From NCBI GenBank assembly GCA_049999805.1, contig JBNGIO010006348.1:161554-216685 (forward strand): a stretch of 55,132 nt of DNA, given 5' to 3'. A model generated the notes under the pieces. The model had not been told where the DNA came from and did not search any database. It saw nothing but the letters and a program-made list of their open reading frames with translations. The number at the start of each line of letters is the position of its first letter. The first letter of the stretch is position 1. This DNA comes from Folioceros fuciformis (Eukaryota). This document shows positions 1 to 12,551 of the stretch, one piece after another. Position numbers and translations under genes: made by a program.

Positions 1-185
1 AGAGTACGTCGTTGCAGATTCCTCCTCTGCTTGCTCTTCGCGAGTTGTGAAACGTAGTTATGGCTCGTGCATTCCTTGTCGGGGTTCTAACTGCAGCTTG
101 TGCAAAACGTGTCGCAATGTACACGGTTCTTGCGTAGTGCGTGAATACTGTCTGGAAGTCTGATAGGCTTGTCGATTCCTCGCAG

Positions 186-495
186 ACAACATTCCAGACT
201 AATGGAGAGCTTCATGTTCAACGCGGGAAAAATGCTGACCAGGAAGGGGCAGGTCCATATCGCACACAAAGCGGGATTTCCATATGACAAGTGGAACATG
301 GAAACACATGCGTTGAACAACGGATTGACGCTACTAGGCAAGAGAGCGTTCCACAGTGCTTGCTATCCAAACTACTGCAATCGACGCGGATATGGAAGGA
401 GGCCTGGACGAACGTTTCCCATCCACAACACTGCTTTCACTTTCATCTTCAGCAAACCGACCAGTCCTGCAGGATACTTCGGGCAGTCGCTGTAG
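186..495 (+). CDS. Terminal exon of a DUF2431 / BMT5-like (25S rRNA uridine-N3 methyltransferase-like domain) protein; 5' exons not resolved
   Basis: Translation H..LMESFMFNAGKMLTRKGQVHIAHKAGFPYDKWNME...YPNYCNRRGYG...TFPIHNTAFTFIF matches the recognisable plant DUF2431 C-terminal pattern (F..NA..ML...G.IH..HK...P...W.....YPGY.NKRG.G). Candidate acceptor CGCAG at 181-185; stop TAG ends at 495. Confidence 0.7.
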
Positions 496-1115
496 GTGCA
501 GATGTGGGAGGAGGCCTAGGAGCTCTAAAGAGATGCTTCCCGCGCGGCTTATGGGAGGGCTAAGGTGTTTGTTTAATCCAGACAAGAATGTGTACCAGCT
601 GCTTAAGATATTATCATGTTTATTACTTCGCTATAAATTATTTATAAATTGAGGTAGAAAAGTGTGTGAGACTAATAATGTGAGATTTAATATTTGACAA
701 TATTTAATCTTTTAAGTGTGTGCACCAGGGTAGTTGAAGAAGTCTTGGAAAGGGTGGGGGAATGGGATCGAAGGCCGAGCAACTTAGAAAGCAGCATGTC
801 TTCTAAGTTCCTCGATTGCATGTCAGCTACTCGGCTTGCTTTTGGATGTCGAACCGGATAGAATGTGACAAGAAGGGAGAGAGACTGGAGGTCGCGCTCC
901 CCGAAAATATGCTCTGCGTCCAAGCAAGTGGCTAGAGAAGGATATCCTGCCCGACAGATATCCAAAATACGAAAGCCGACAACGCCAGGATATAAGTACA
1001 GTACATACGAGGCTCCACTACTCCAGTCGCAGTCCCAGTCTCGGTGACGGTCCCAGCTCCAGCTTTCGATCCCACCGGCCTGAAATTGGCGTTGGAGCCT
1101 GCCTTCGAGGCAGCC

Positions 1116-2875
1116 ATGACGATGGCGCTGCGCCGGGCTGCGGCGTCCACCCTATTGTGCATCCGCGACCGCGCGCGCGTCTTCGTCTCTTCCACTGCGC
1201 GCCTTGGCACGCCCGAGCAAGAACACGCGCATCCACCGCCGGTGTCGTGGCCTTCCGCGCGCTACGTCGGGCCGTCCCCGGCTGCCGAGGCGGCTGAGCA
1301 GGCGGTGCGGGATGGCCCGCGTTCCGACTGGACCAGGGACCAGATTCGTGCCGTCTACGACTCGCCTCTGCTCGATCTTGTGTTCCACGGGGTAAGTGAG
1401 TGGAATGTGGAATTGAGGAGCGGGAGAGGTGGTTCTTGAACTCCCTGCGGTCTGATGAGCTGAAGACGGTCGGGATGCCGGTTTGCAGGCGCAAGTGCAC
1501 CGGCAGACGCAGAGGCTGCGGGAGGTGCAGCTCTGCACCATTCTTTCCATCAAGACCGGGGGCTGCGCTGAGGACTGCTCCTTCTGCCCGCAGTCGTCGC
1601 GGTACAAGACCTACGTCAAGGCCTCTAAAATGCTGGACAAAGATTCAGTGTTGGAGGCTGCCAGAGAGGTGTGGGACGTTGGTAGTGGATGAGGAGCGGT
1701 TACAAGACTGCTCCAAATTTGATTCCGGTGACTAGTGTTCCCACCTTGCGGCTGACACCAGATTGCTTGCTTGGTTGCTCCTGCTGCTGTGTGTGTATAG
1801 GCCAAGGATGGCGGGAGCACGCGCTTCTGTATGGGAGCTGCCTGGCGGGATGCCGTTGGGAGGAAGACGAATTTCGGCCAGATTCTGGATTACGTGAAGG
1901 AGATCAAGTATGACAAAACTCGTCCCCCAGGAAGAACGAGTGGGATTGTAGATGCGTAGTGGTTCACGATTTGGCTCGAGTCACTCGCTCAGATTTTTCT
2001 TTTGGTTTTTGTTCGTGGTAGGGGAATGGGACTGGAGGTCTGCTGCACCCTCGGCATGCTTGAGAAAGGGCAGGCAGAGCAGCTCAAGGCTGCTGGCCTT
2101 ACCACATACAATCACAATCTGGATAGTTCGCGGGAATTCTATCCTTCGGTCATTTCCACAAGAACTTACGATGAACGCCTCCAGACTCTGGAGTTCGTGC
2201 GGAACGCAGGGCTGAACGTCTGCTCAGGTACTATATCCTATTCTAAGCAAATACCTCACTCAAAATCACGTCTCGTTCCAAGAATCGAGGCATCGCACGT
2301 CACGTTTGGCTTGAACTTCGCGTCTTCTGGAATGCATTGTGAGTCAGGTGGGATTCTGGGCCTAGGTGAAGCTGAAGAAGACCGTGTTAGTTTGCTTCAC
2401 ACTCTGGCGACCCTGCCGCAACATCCGGATTCTGTGCCGATCAACGCCCTTGTTGCGGCCAAAGGCACGCCGCTCGAGAATCAGGAAGTACGCCTCTTGA
2501 GTCACGGCCCCTCACCATAGTAAACCATTTCATTTCGGTTTCATAATGGGCTTCTTGTTGGTCATGAATCAGCCTGTGGAGATCTGGGACATGGTGCGGA
2601 TGATCGCCACGGCGCGAATCGTGATGCCAAATTCGCTGGTCCGGCTTTCCGCTGGCCGCTTCAGGTTTTCCCAAGCCGAGCAAGCCCTGTGCTTCATGGC
2701 CGGTGCCAATTCCATCTGGGCAGGATCCAAGCTGCTGACAACCAAGAACAACGACTTGTCGGCAGACCAGAAGATGTTCGAAACCCTCGGCCTCATCCCC
2801 ATGGCCATCAGGGAGGAGGTCTTCGAGCAGGCACACGAGAGCGACTCGGACTCTGACTCTGCAGTCGCTTTCTGA
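1116..2875 (+). CDS. BIO2: Biotin synthase (radical SAM, mitochondrial), 6 exons: 1116-1391, 1489-1668, 1801-1907, 2022-2227, 2348-2487, 2573-2875 (403 aa)
   Basis: GT-AG introns join into one 1212-nt frame. It contains the CxxxCxxC motif (CAEDCSFC), [48 protein letters not shown] and AGANSI. The N-terminus is Arg/Ala/Ser-rich, like a transit peptide. Confidence 0.96.
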
Positions 2876-3628
2876 CAAGACGCATTCAGCTTATTAGAGA
2901 AGCTGGAACTATTTCAAGGGAGCTCTTATACCAGAGATGTGTGCATAGAATGTGAGGTAAGCAGCTGCCCAGCCGAGAAAGAACTTCCTGCCGCTCTCGA
3001 TTGTTGAGCTCTTATCAGCCTGGAGTAATCATTAGTGCGCACGATGAGGATGGAAATTGTTGGAGAGGTAGATAAGACTTTGGTGGACAGTTGGATAGCC
3101 AAGTAAAGTACTAGTGTAGCCGGCGCCCGAGGAGCTTTGATGACCAAACTGCAGGGTAAGCTTTGCAGTTGTTCCGAGGTGGAGGGGCAAGTCCCGATAC
3201 AGCCCATGTATATACGACGGTTTTGAGATGTGATTATCGTGAAGAGTTTGTTTCGAGGTGCAATTCATCATCACGAGAGTCTCTTTCAAAGAGCAATTGA
3301 TGAGACGGGAGTCTGTTTCGAGGTCCAATCACTGTTTCGATTTGCAAGCCCAGAAGGAATCAAACTTCATCTGTTTCGAGGAGCAATTGCCCTGAGTTGA
3401 GTCTGATTCGAAGTGTGCGGATTCATGTACTCTGTTCGGAGGCGCACAGGGCTGGGTTCGAAGTCCAGACAGTAGAGGAAAGTAGCAGAAGAAATGGCAC
3501 CAGTCGCACTAGGAGGCCGTGCACAGGTCCGTCGTTTCAGTGAAGGGAATTCTAGGAATCCGGGAAGTGCTGCTGCGCACACCAGCTGCATAACTGCAGA
3601 TGAAAGCAAGATGAGATGACAATATTCC

Positions 3629-4129
3629 CTAGCTGGCGAAAATTTCAACAAACTGAGGCTTCCAGTCTGGGAATTCTGGGCAGCAGCGGTGGCACTCGTA
3701 GGACACGTAGAAGATGTAGTCCATGGTTACAGTAATGAGGACTCTGCAAGTAGGACAAGTGGTGGCCCGATCCCTCTTCTGCTGCAGGCACCGAGTACAA
3801 AACTGGACATGAGAGCAAGGCAAGATGCCGGTGTTCCTGGCCCGCGCAAAGCAGATGCACGCTCCTCCGATTTCATCTCTCCCGCCCGGTCGGCCTCTCG
3901 CAAGGCTTCCACACCTTTCTTGGACGCACGCAACGCCTGGACCAGGTCCACAATTACATCCACCTCGGAGTCCCCCGGCTCCGATTTCCTCCTCGTCTTC
4001 AAATTCCCAAAGGCGAGCGAACATTGTGCGTGGTGCCTCCCGCCGCGTTGTTCCCTGCTCGCCGCCACGCCTGGCCGCCGCGTCCGTGCTGCCTCTTTCG
4101 GCGCGGTAATGCGCAAAGTCTGCGGCCAT
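3629..4129 (-). pseudogene. Intronless RING-finger (C3HC4, IAP/BOI-like RING) gene, probably frameshifted
   Basis: CICFARARNTGILPCSHVQFCTRC...CPTCR is a RING motif, but the first pair is C-x-C instead of C-x2-C. The helical-looking segment VDLVQALRASKKGVEALREADRAGEMKSEER lies in another frame and ends exactly at that point (about 3860). Confidence 0.55.
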
Positions 4130-4934
4130 TTTGTTTCAGCTCTGATTCGCTCGCACTAATAGGACACACAAAGCGGGCGATAGCCTGGTCCTCCTTTCTG
4201 TTGGGGGCCAACGTGCTCCAGGGTTGCCTCTATACAGATAAGTGCAAACGCCCTCCCACATTCTCACGATGAAAGACTCTACTGCATCCAGAACTGTCTT
4301 TCCTTTGCGATGTCCGAATATCCAGGCTAGCCTTCAATTTGTTCACATAGTTGAAACTTGTCTTTGTTGATGCATGGGGTAGGAAAGTCATAGTACAGCT
4401 GTGAAGCTTGGCCCTTAGCAAGGAGCAACACTCACTTAGCGTATAGAACAATTGCTAGAATACAAACAACCATAGTAGGTACCACGGAACTCTTTAGCAC
4501 TTGAAGTTCGAAGTGCAAAACCATAGTAGAGAATCTCCTAGCCTGTGAGACCCAAATTACGTCCATGGCAATGGCTTGGCTCTAAGATTTAATTCTTATA
4601 AAAATAAGATGCAAAGTACACTTAAAGATTTCCTCCTCCCTACAAATGGCTAAGTGCTTATCACTTAAAGACATATCCCTCTATAGCTACTCATATCTCT
4701 TGGCTAAGCAAGTAAAGCATATCTCTTCCACTTGATTGTGGATAAGCATATCTCGAGCATCTTCACAAAAGCCATTCTAACCTTCAATTTGTAATTAAAG
4801 CATTGAATGCAAGAGTGTGATTCCTTGAATTAAATCTGTGCAATCTTCATAATGTTCTCTTCAATCTCACTTTACAATCCTCATAATATTGTCTTTAGTT
4901 TCACTCTACAATCCTCATAATATTATCTTTAACC

Positions 4935-5297
4935 TCACTTTTGTGGTTCCTTGTCGAGGGTACCAACTTTCCCATGTGGTGTGTTGTGCCACTAAACACA
5001 TACTCATGCATTGTTCATTAATTAATAATTATTCACACCACAATTTTCTATACACAATAACCATTGCATGATGGTGGTGTACCAACTTTCCCACCTTGTG
5101 TGTTGTGCCATTAAACACATACTCATGCATAGTTCATTAATTAATAATTATTCACTTTTGTGGTTCCTTGTCGAGGGTACCAACTTTACCACCTAGTGTG
5201 TTGTGCCACTAAACAAATACTCATGCATGGTTCATTAATTAATAATTATTCACACCACAATATTCTATACACAATAACCATTGCATGATGGTGTTGT
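4935..5297. repeat. AT-rich tandem repeat, about 217-bp period (about 1.7 copies), with an internal ~75-bp subunit present 3 times
   Basis: TCACTTTTGTGGTTCCTTGTCGAGGGTACCAACTTT at 4935 and 5152; GTGTTGTGCCAYTAAACAMATACTCATGCAT..TTCATTAATTAATAATTATTCAC occurs three times. Confidence 0.9.
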
Positions 5298-5736
5298 AAA
5301 CTTGTAAATGAATGTTTCACCACGAATGTTCAATGAACAATGTTGTAGCATCGAGGCGATGGAACCGAGATAACAAGCAAGGATCGTAGGTGAGGCATGG
5401 GAGATGGGGTCCGTGAGCCCCCCACGTGGGTGCTCAGCAACTAACACTTGGGCAGAGGTAGTCGAAGACCGTAGTCGTAGTCAATCTCACACGAATGTAG
5501 GAATTTTAGGCGGTATGGAAAAGGGTAATGGGGCTCAAGGAGAAGCAGGAGCACATGCCTCTTGAGAGGACGGTCCTTCCTTGGTACGGTCGACGAATAT
5601 TGGCTCTGCCACAATCTGCGAAGATGGTGATCCGGGCCAAGCGCCAAGGTACTCCTCCACTAGCACTGTGGAGAATATTCGGCTTGGCCCACTAGCAGAC
5701 ATAATCATAGAAGCCAATTTTTTTGAAGCCGAGGAA

Positions 5737-5830
5737 GGACGTCTTGCAAGCAACTTGGTGGTGGGAAGGCTTTCAGTGGGGGGTGGCGGACGTCTTGCAA
5801 GCAACTTGGTGGTGGGAAGGCTTTCAGTGG
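5737..5830. repeat. Exact 43-bp direct duplication, 51-bp period
   Basis: GGACGTCTTGCAAGCAACTTGGTGGTGGGAAGGCTTTCAGTGG at 5737 and 5788. Confidence 0.9.
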
Positions 5831-5947
5831 CCCCCCCCCTCTGTATAGGAAATCGAGGAGTGGGTAATGGAGGTTACTGGCAGCCCACCTGCTTACACTT
5901 TCATGAAGGAAGACGGATCATTTGAGATTAAGTGTGACAAGGGTAAG

Positions 5948-6213
5948 TCAAGGATTGCTAGGGGAGCCACATGATGAAGGAGGAAAGGAGAAAGCAAGGT
6001 CTCTCACCCACTCTATATTGCAAAGGAGCTCAAGAGGGTATTTATACCCTTTAGAAGAGCTCCCAAGGAAGCTTCACAAGAAGCTCACATGAAGCTGCGT
6101 AAGAAGCTTCTTAAAGATTAGCTTAAGCTAATCTAAACTAATGATACTTAACTAGACACTAATCTTAGACTAAACACATTAGTCTAAGCACATTGGGCTT
6201 TAATAACCCTACA
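5948..6213 (-). repeat. 3' LTR of Copia-1
   Basis: Aligns with 10988-11242; ends ...TAATAACCCTACA next to the PPT. Outer boundary uncertain by about 2 bp. Confidence 0.85.
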
Positions 6214-9200
6214 ACCTCCCACTTAAAGGCCAATTTACCTTCATAGAAGAGTGGTCTACCTCATGCCCATGAGTGTCCGAGCTTGTGCGAATTGCTCCGT
6301 AGAGAGCCCCTTCGTAAGAATATCTACAGGGTTGTGACTGGTGTGAACTTTGACAAGCTGTACCCTCTTGTCTTCCAAAACCTCTCGAATGAAGTGATAT
6401 TTCGCGTCCACATGTTTGGTCTTCGCATGAAACACTGGATTCTTCGCCAATTGGATAGCACTCTAGCTATCACAATGCAACACTGGCAGCTCAACCTTAA
6501 TCCCCAAGTCTCCCACAAAACGAGCAAGCCACATGGCTTCCTTGCAAGCCTCAGTCGTTGCAACATACTCGGCCTCTGTGGTAGATAGCATTATGCACGA
6601 TTGCAAATGAGATCGCCATGAGACCGCCCCTCCAGTGCACATGAAGACATAACATGATGTGGACCTTCTTTTATCCATATCCCCTGCATAATCAACATCC
6701 GTATATCCCACGACAGATGCATCTTCACTACCAAACCATATGCACAAAGCTTTTGCTCCATTTAAATACCTCATACCTCCTTTTACTGCCTCTCAATGCT
6801 GCTTGCTAGGGTTTGACATAAACCTGCTAACCACTCCCACTACGAAAGCAATGTTAGGACGTGTAGCAATCATTGCATACATCAAACTCCCTATAGCTAA
6901 TGAGTATGGAATCTTCTCCATTTCAACTTTGTCCTCTGCAGAGCTTGGGCAATCCTTGCTCAAAAGTTTCACACATGGAGGCAACTCAATACCTTCCCCT
7001 TCTCCATGTTCAAACGTTGAAGCACCATGTTAATGTATTCAGTCTGAGACAAGTAAAGCAAATGCTTATGTCTGTCTCGACAAATACGCATGCCAAGAAT
7101 ATGGCTGGCCTCTCCCAAATCTGTCTTGTCAAAGCGAGCATTCAACTTTGACTTTAATGCTGAAATCTCATCACTGCTATTCCCAGCAATGAGCATATCA
7201 TCCATATAGAGGACCAAAATGAGCTAGCTTGCTTCGTATAGAGGCAATAATCCTCATCGCTGCGTTTGTAGCCTTAAGAAAGCATAAATGAGTGGAACTT
7301 GTAATACCACTCTCTGGGTGCCTGTTTCAAACCATGAAGGCTCTTCTTTAACCTACACACCAGATTCTCTGTGCCCTTCTCAATGAAACCCTCTAGTTGC
7401 TGCATGTATACCTTTTCCTGGACATCACCATGCAGAAATGCCAACTTCACATCCATCTAGACAAGTTCCACGTCATCCCTCTCAACCAGAGGAAGAACAC
7501 ATCGCAAAGTGGTCATTTTGACAACTGGTGAGAAAATCTCATCAAAGTCAATACCTTGTTGTTGCTTAAAACCCTTAATAACCAATCGTGCCTTGTACTT
7601 GGGTTTGCCATCATGGGGTATGCCCTTCATCTTATACACCCATTTGCATGGCAATGCCTTCTTATCCCTAAGAAACCGAACAAACTCCCTAGTTTGGTTC
7701 TTACGCAGCAAATCTATCTACGACTGCATCGCCTTCTCCCACTTGTCCTTGTCAGTCACCAACATGGTCTCTTTGTAGCAAGAGTGCTCCCCATAATCCG
7801 TCAACTTGACATAATCAAGAGATGCAACATACCTATTAGGAGGACGTGAAATCCTTCCTGACCTACAAAGCACAGGCGCCTCGATCGGAGCTGGTTGCAC
7901 TCTCTCTTTTTCTACAAGTGGAGGAATGGGTTCCTGCACATCACGACGTTCAACCTACCCCATGACGGTCAAGTCCATCTTCTTGGAAGACCACCCATCG
8001 CACGTCCACAATTGCAGCAGGCTTCTTGTGCATTTTGTTCTCATTGAAGAACACATCATTGCTGCGAACAACCTTCTTGGTTTCTAGATCCCATAAACAG
8101 TATCCCATCTCACCAAGAGTCACCATAGCCAAGAAAAATATAATTTCTAGACTTGGGTGCCAACTTGTCCCAAAACTCCTGTAGAACATGGTAGTATGCC
8201 TCTCAACCAAACACTCGTAGATGCTTGTAAGACGGCTTCTTTCCATACCACAGCTCCTCTGGAACCTGCTCATCCACAGCCTTATTAGGAGATCTGTTAA
8301 TAAGATCCGCAGTAACCACTGCTTCTGCCCAAAATCCGTTAGGCAATCTAGAGTTTGACAACAAACTATGCATCCTCTCCTAGATGGTCCTGTTCATCCG
8401 TTCAACCACACCATTCTGGGGAGAAGTATACGGGGTAGTCAATTCTCTCTTGATTCCCTTGGAATCATAGAATGATTGAAAAGCCTTCGCAACGTACTCT
8501 CCACCATTATTTGTCCTTAGACACTTTAGTCGGAGGCTAGATTGATTCTCTGTAAGGGTGACAAATTTCTGAAACATTGTGAGAACGTCCTTTTTCCTCA
8601 AAGGATAAACCCACACCTTGCGTGAGAAATCATCTATGAAAGTGACAAAATAGAATGCACCGCCTAATGATATAATGGGCATAGGTCCACAAACATCATT
8701 GTGAACCAATTCAAGAGGTTTACTTTTGTGTTTATGTCTTGCTCTATGTGGTGATTTCGTCTGTTCCTCATACAAACAGTGCTCACACACGGAGAAATCG
8801 GAGAAGTCAAAAGTAGAGACGTAACTAAAACAAGATAAGATCTTCATTCCTTTTTGAGACATATGTCCTAACCGACAATGCCACAAGGAAGCATTTGGCT
8901 ATTATGTCACACAAATCACATGATCCTTGATAATGGTTACCTAAAGTGAGTACAAGGTGCCACACTTCGATCCACGAGCTAACACAAGAGAACCTTTAGA
9001 GACCTTCCAAGAATGATCCCTAAACCAACAGTGGTAGCCAATGTCATTCAATTGCCCTACGCTAATCATGCTTTTTGTCAACTTCGGAACATGCCTGACA
9101 TCCTTCAGTATGAATGAAGATCCGTTGTCAAACTTCAGCTACACATCACCAACGCCTGCAATCTCGCATGCGTAGTTATTTCCAAGCCGAACACATCCTT

Positions 9201-10987
9201 TCCTAGTAGCATCATAGGTGCTAAACCACTCCCTATGTGGAGTAACATGGAAAGATGCTCCAGAGTCAATTATCCAATTAGAGAATAAGTGACTATCCAC
9301 GACTGTTAATTGTGCAGAATCGAAGGAAGAAGAGATAAAAACATCTCCATCATCAACAGAATTCACCTCGTCAGGCTTGATACTCAGACTTGTCTTGTTG
9401 TCGTTCTGCTTTTCTCCTTTCCTTTGTCCTTCTTGAACTTCTCGCAGTCCCTTCTGATGTGACCCTTTTGTGACAATGGTAACATTCAACATTGTTACGA
9501 CTACGAGATTTGCTACAGGAAAGGCTTCGCTCCTTTTGCTTCCTCTTTGAAGTGAACCTTCTCCTCACCATGAAGGCATTGGAACCTTTCGAAGGTTCCA
9601 TATTCTTCCTGTTCACCTCTTATGTTAACAGGCTACCTTCTACATTTACAATGGTGAGACCACAGGCCGGAGCGGAATTACTCAGAGCTGTACGAAAGGT
9701 GTCCCAACTCTCTGGTAACGTGACCGACAGAAACATAGCTCTCACGGTATCTGGGAACGAGATACCTTGAGATGAGAGCTGGCTGAAAATGTTATTGAAC
9801 TCATTCAGATGATCGGACGTCCTCGTCCCTTCCTTCATCTTCAAGTCCACAAGTTGTTTCAACCAGTACACCTGAGAAGTTGCACTTTGCTTCTCATACA
9901 GATTACACAACTTTTGCCATAGCTCGTAACTTGTGGTCTTGTTTTTCACATTGAAGTAGACCTACTTCGACAATGTTAGCATGATGGTAGATCTAGCAAG
10001 CTCATCTCAATCCTGCCACTCATTCTTAGTCATGCTAACAGGTTTCACACCTAGCAACTTTTTGGGCTTTTTCTGCACTAGAACATTATACACTTGTTCT
10101 TTCCAAAACGGGAAGTTAGTACCATCTAACTTTTCGATATTGAATATAACATTTTCTGAGGACGTCATCATTCAAAATCGATGCAAATCAAACAAAAGGC
10201 TAGTTAGACATGGTCGGAATATTGTAGATTTTGAAAGTTACCCTCACGCCTTGTTCCGCATCAGCTGACACAACTTGTAGACCTCAAACCATTGCACAAG
10301 TCTTTTCACAATTTAGGCCGACATGACGGGCCCAAGTCCGATTCTGGACCGCCTGGCATTGGGAGACTAATCCAATCGTCTGTGGCCAGAATTCGGTCGC
10401 TCACGACTGAAGTGTCCCATCCGGCAATCGAGATCTGGCCGCCCACAGCTCTCGATCCGGCCACACCACCTAGCGGCTATGAGCCGGGCCTGGGCAGCCC
10501 GAGCCTGATCCCGCAGCCAGGATCTGGACTACCCTATGCCCGGCGCTTGATCCCCTCGCCTCGCGGCCGAGATCCCAGTTGGCCCGTGCTCGGGGACTGA
10601 TCCCGCCACCTCGCGGCCGGATTGATCCTAGCACCCGCCTCTTGGCCGCGCCCCGGGGTCCGCGGCTTGGCCGCGTCCCGCGCCGGGCACTGGGGCAGGG
10701 CCTAGTGCCCCGCAGCCTGGGCGTCTAGCGCGCTTAGCGCTCCACACTAGGGTAGACACTCTGGGCTGTGGGGTGGCGTGGTGGCGCCTCCTAGGTGCCC
10801 CGCGCTGCCGCGGCCTGAGCACGGCGGGGCTGGAGCCTCATGCACCCCGGGCGGCAGAGTGGCCTCATACAGCCCCCGGGATGCTACCTTCACTCACTTT
10901 GGTGCTTTCCTCACGTCTTTGTGCACCTTGTTTGCAGCACCTACATGCATCATCATCTTGCTCCACAATCCTAACTCTGATACCAGT

Positions 10988-11242
10988 TGAAAGATCGCTA
11001 GGGGAGCCAAATGATGAATGAGGAGAGGAGAAAGAGAGGTCTCATACTCTCACACTCTATATTGCAAAGGAGCTCAAAAGGGTATTTATACCCTCTAGAA
11101 GAGCTCCCAAGGAAGCTTCACAAGAAGCGCATAGGAAGCTATGCAAGAAGCTTCCTACATATTAGCTTAAGCTAATTTAAATAAATGATACTTAACTAGA
11201 CACTAATCTTAGACTAACACATTAGGCTTTAATAACCCTACG
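10988..11242 (-). repeat. 5' LTR of Copia-1
   Basis: Starts TGAAAG two bases from the PBS and ends AATAACCCTACG. Confidence 0.85.
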
Positions 11243-11565
11243 ACGTCAGCAATAAAAACTTGTTGATCTTCTTGGACGAGCAAAAGGTCAACCCAAAGAG
11301 AAATGCCATTAAGTAGAGTATATGGGGTAGAAAGCCAACCTCCTTGGCCAACAAAAACATGACATCCTACACGGCATCATGCATAGCAATTTGTTGACAC
11401 CCATTCAAACAATGAGCAAGATGAGTACCAGAGTTATCTAGAGGCACCCGACAATTGTAAGAGGAGAGAGAGCAAGCCAAAGGTTAAACCAAACCAAGGC
11501 AAAATCTCATTGTTATAGAGAATGTGGTTGGTGAGATTTGGTTCTTATGCACCCGTGAAGAAATG
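11243..11565 (-). mobile_element. Fragment A of a CRE-like non-LTR retrotransposon (zinc knuckle + REL endonuclease region)
   Basis: Minus-strand translation FSITMRFCLGL...CRVPLDNSGTHLAHCLNG...MHDAV.D...GISLWVDLLLVQEDQQVFIADV fits the C..D..G.H...C..G...HD...D...R.D...DV signature of REL-type non-LTR elements. Confidence 0.6.
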
Positions 11566-11599
11566 TACTTCTTATGTACATGTGAAGAAACATAAGAAG

Positions 11600-12340
11600 A
11601 TGATTTTCTATTTTTGAAAAAGAGATGAAAAGTCCCATCTACTCCAAAGATTGGAGAAACTACCCGAGCATGGCTAAAGGCTAAAAAGGGTACTAGCCCC
11701 TTTAAACACCCTTTTCAAAAACTACTCATCGCTCCCAAAATGTCATGCCGTGGAATAACAAAAGGTCTACTTACCATTGATGCTAAGGAAGCTACTTGAC
11801 CTGCGCTTGTTATGTTATAAAAACTGCATTGGTTAATGCTCTTTGCAAAGCAATAGATACGCATTGTCAAAAGAAGCCACCAGAGAGGAAAGAGGGAGAA
11901 CATCATTCCTATTACACTAATAAACCTTTGTGCACTCCTTGATGAACCTTGAAAAGTCCTTTCCCATGGTCCTATGAGTCTCAAAAGTAAGGGGGTTGAA
12001 AATATGCTTGTCTTGTAGGGGAGAATACTTATGGACTTTGGTGCTTGCACAACCCTCTGCTGTCCATTTGGGGGTAGAAGATATATACTCGCAAGTCCAT
12101 AACAACCACATCAACGATACAAACCTAGTCTCCCTTAGAGAAAAAAAAAGGTCAGCTCTAAGAGAAACCTCATTCCGCTTAGTATATGGATACTCGTTAC
12201 ATGGAAGAAACCCACACCCCTTAGCAATTGAGAATATAACATCTCCAACTAAATCATGGGTGACAATACAGGGAATTGCATCATGTGGCAATACAGGGCC
12301 TCAATGGGACCATGTGCTAGATGGGATCATGCCCCAGTGA
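11600..12340 (-). mobile_element. Fragment B of the CRE-like non-LTR retrotransposon (REL domain plus 3' tail)
   Basis: THDLVGDVIFSIAKGCGF...VSLRADLFF...KWTAEGCASTKVHKYS...FNPLTFETH.TMGKDFSRFIKEC, across frameshifts. The 3' tail GAAAAAGAGATGAAAAGTCCCATCTACTCCAAAGATTGGAG is shared with 45425-45465. Confidence 0.65.
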
Positions 12341-12535
12341 GACAATGTGCTAGATGGGACCTTTTGTCGACAAGACAATGTGCTAGATGGGATCTTATGT
12401 CAAGGGGACAATGTGCAAGATAGGACCTTGTGTCAAGGGGACATTTGTCGACAGGACAATATGTTAGATGGGACCTTGTGTCAAGGGACAAGGTGCAAGA
12501 CCCTTGACAACGTGCAAGATGGGACCTGGTGTCGA
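12310..12535. repeat. 33-bp minisatellite (ACAATGTGCTAGATGGGACCTTTTGTCGACAAG-like), about 6 degenerate copies
   Basis: ACAATGTG starts at 12342, 12375 and 12408 (33-bp spacing); the minus strand reads repeated LDTRSHLAHC. Confidence 0.85.
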
Positions 12536-12551
12536 AAATGGCAATCACATA

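Larger units (their letters stand above)
5948..11242 (-). mobile_element. Ty1/Copia LTR retrotransposon, full length but decayed (Copia-1)
   Basis: Two similar ~255-265 bp LTRs (5948-6213, 10988-11242). tRNA-iMet PBS TGGTATCAGAG on minus at 10975-10985; PPT GTGGGAGGT next to 6214. Gag (9620-9949, CYHCHK knuckle), protease WIIDSGASFH, GAG-pre-integrase WHCRLGH, integrase, RT (MDVK.AFLHG, LYMDDML) and RNase H (STTEAEY, KTKHVD..YHFIRE) occur in Copia order with many stops and frameshifts. Confidence 0.95.

Noticed and set aside
10292-10975. GC-rich ORFs / CpG-island-like gene
   Set aside because: Lies between the PBS and gag of Copia-1, so it is the element's leader; the translations are low complexity.
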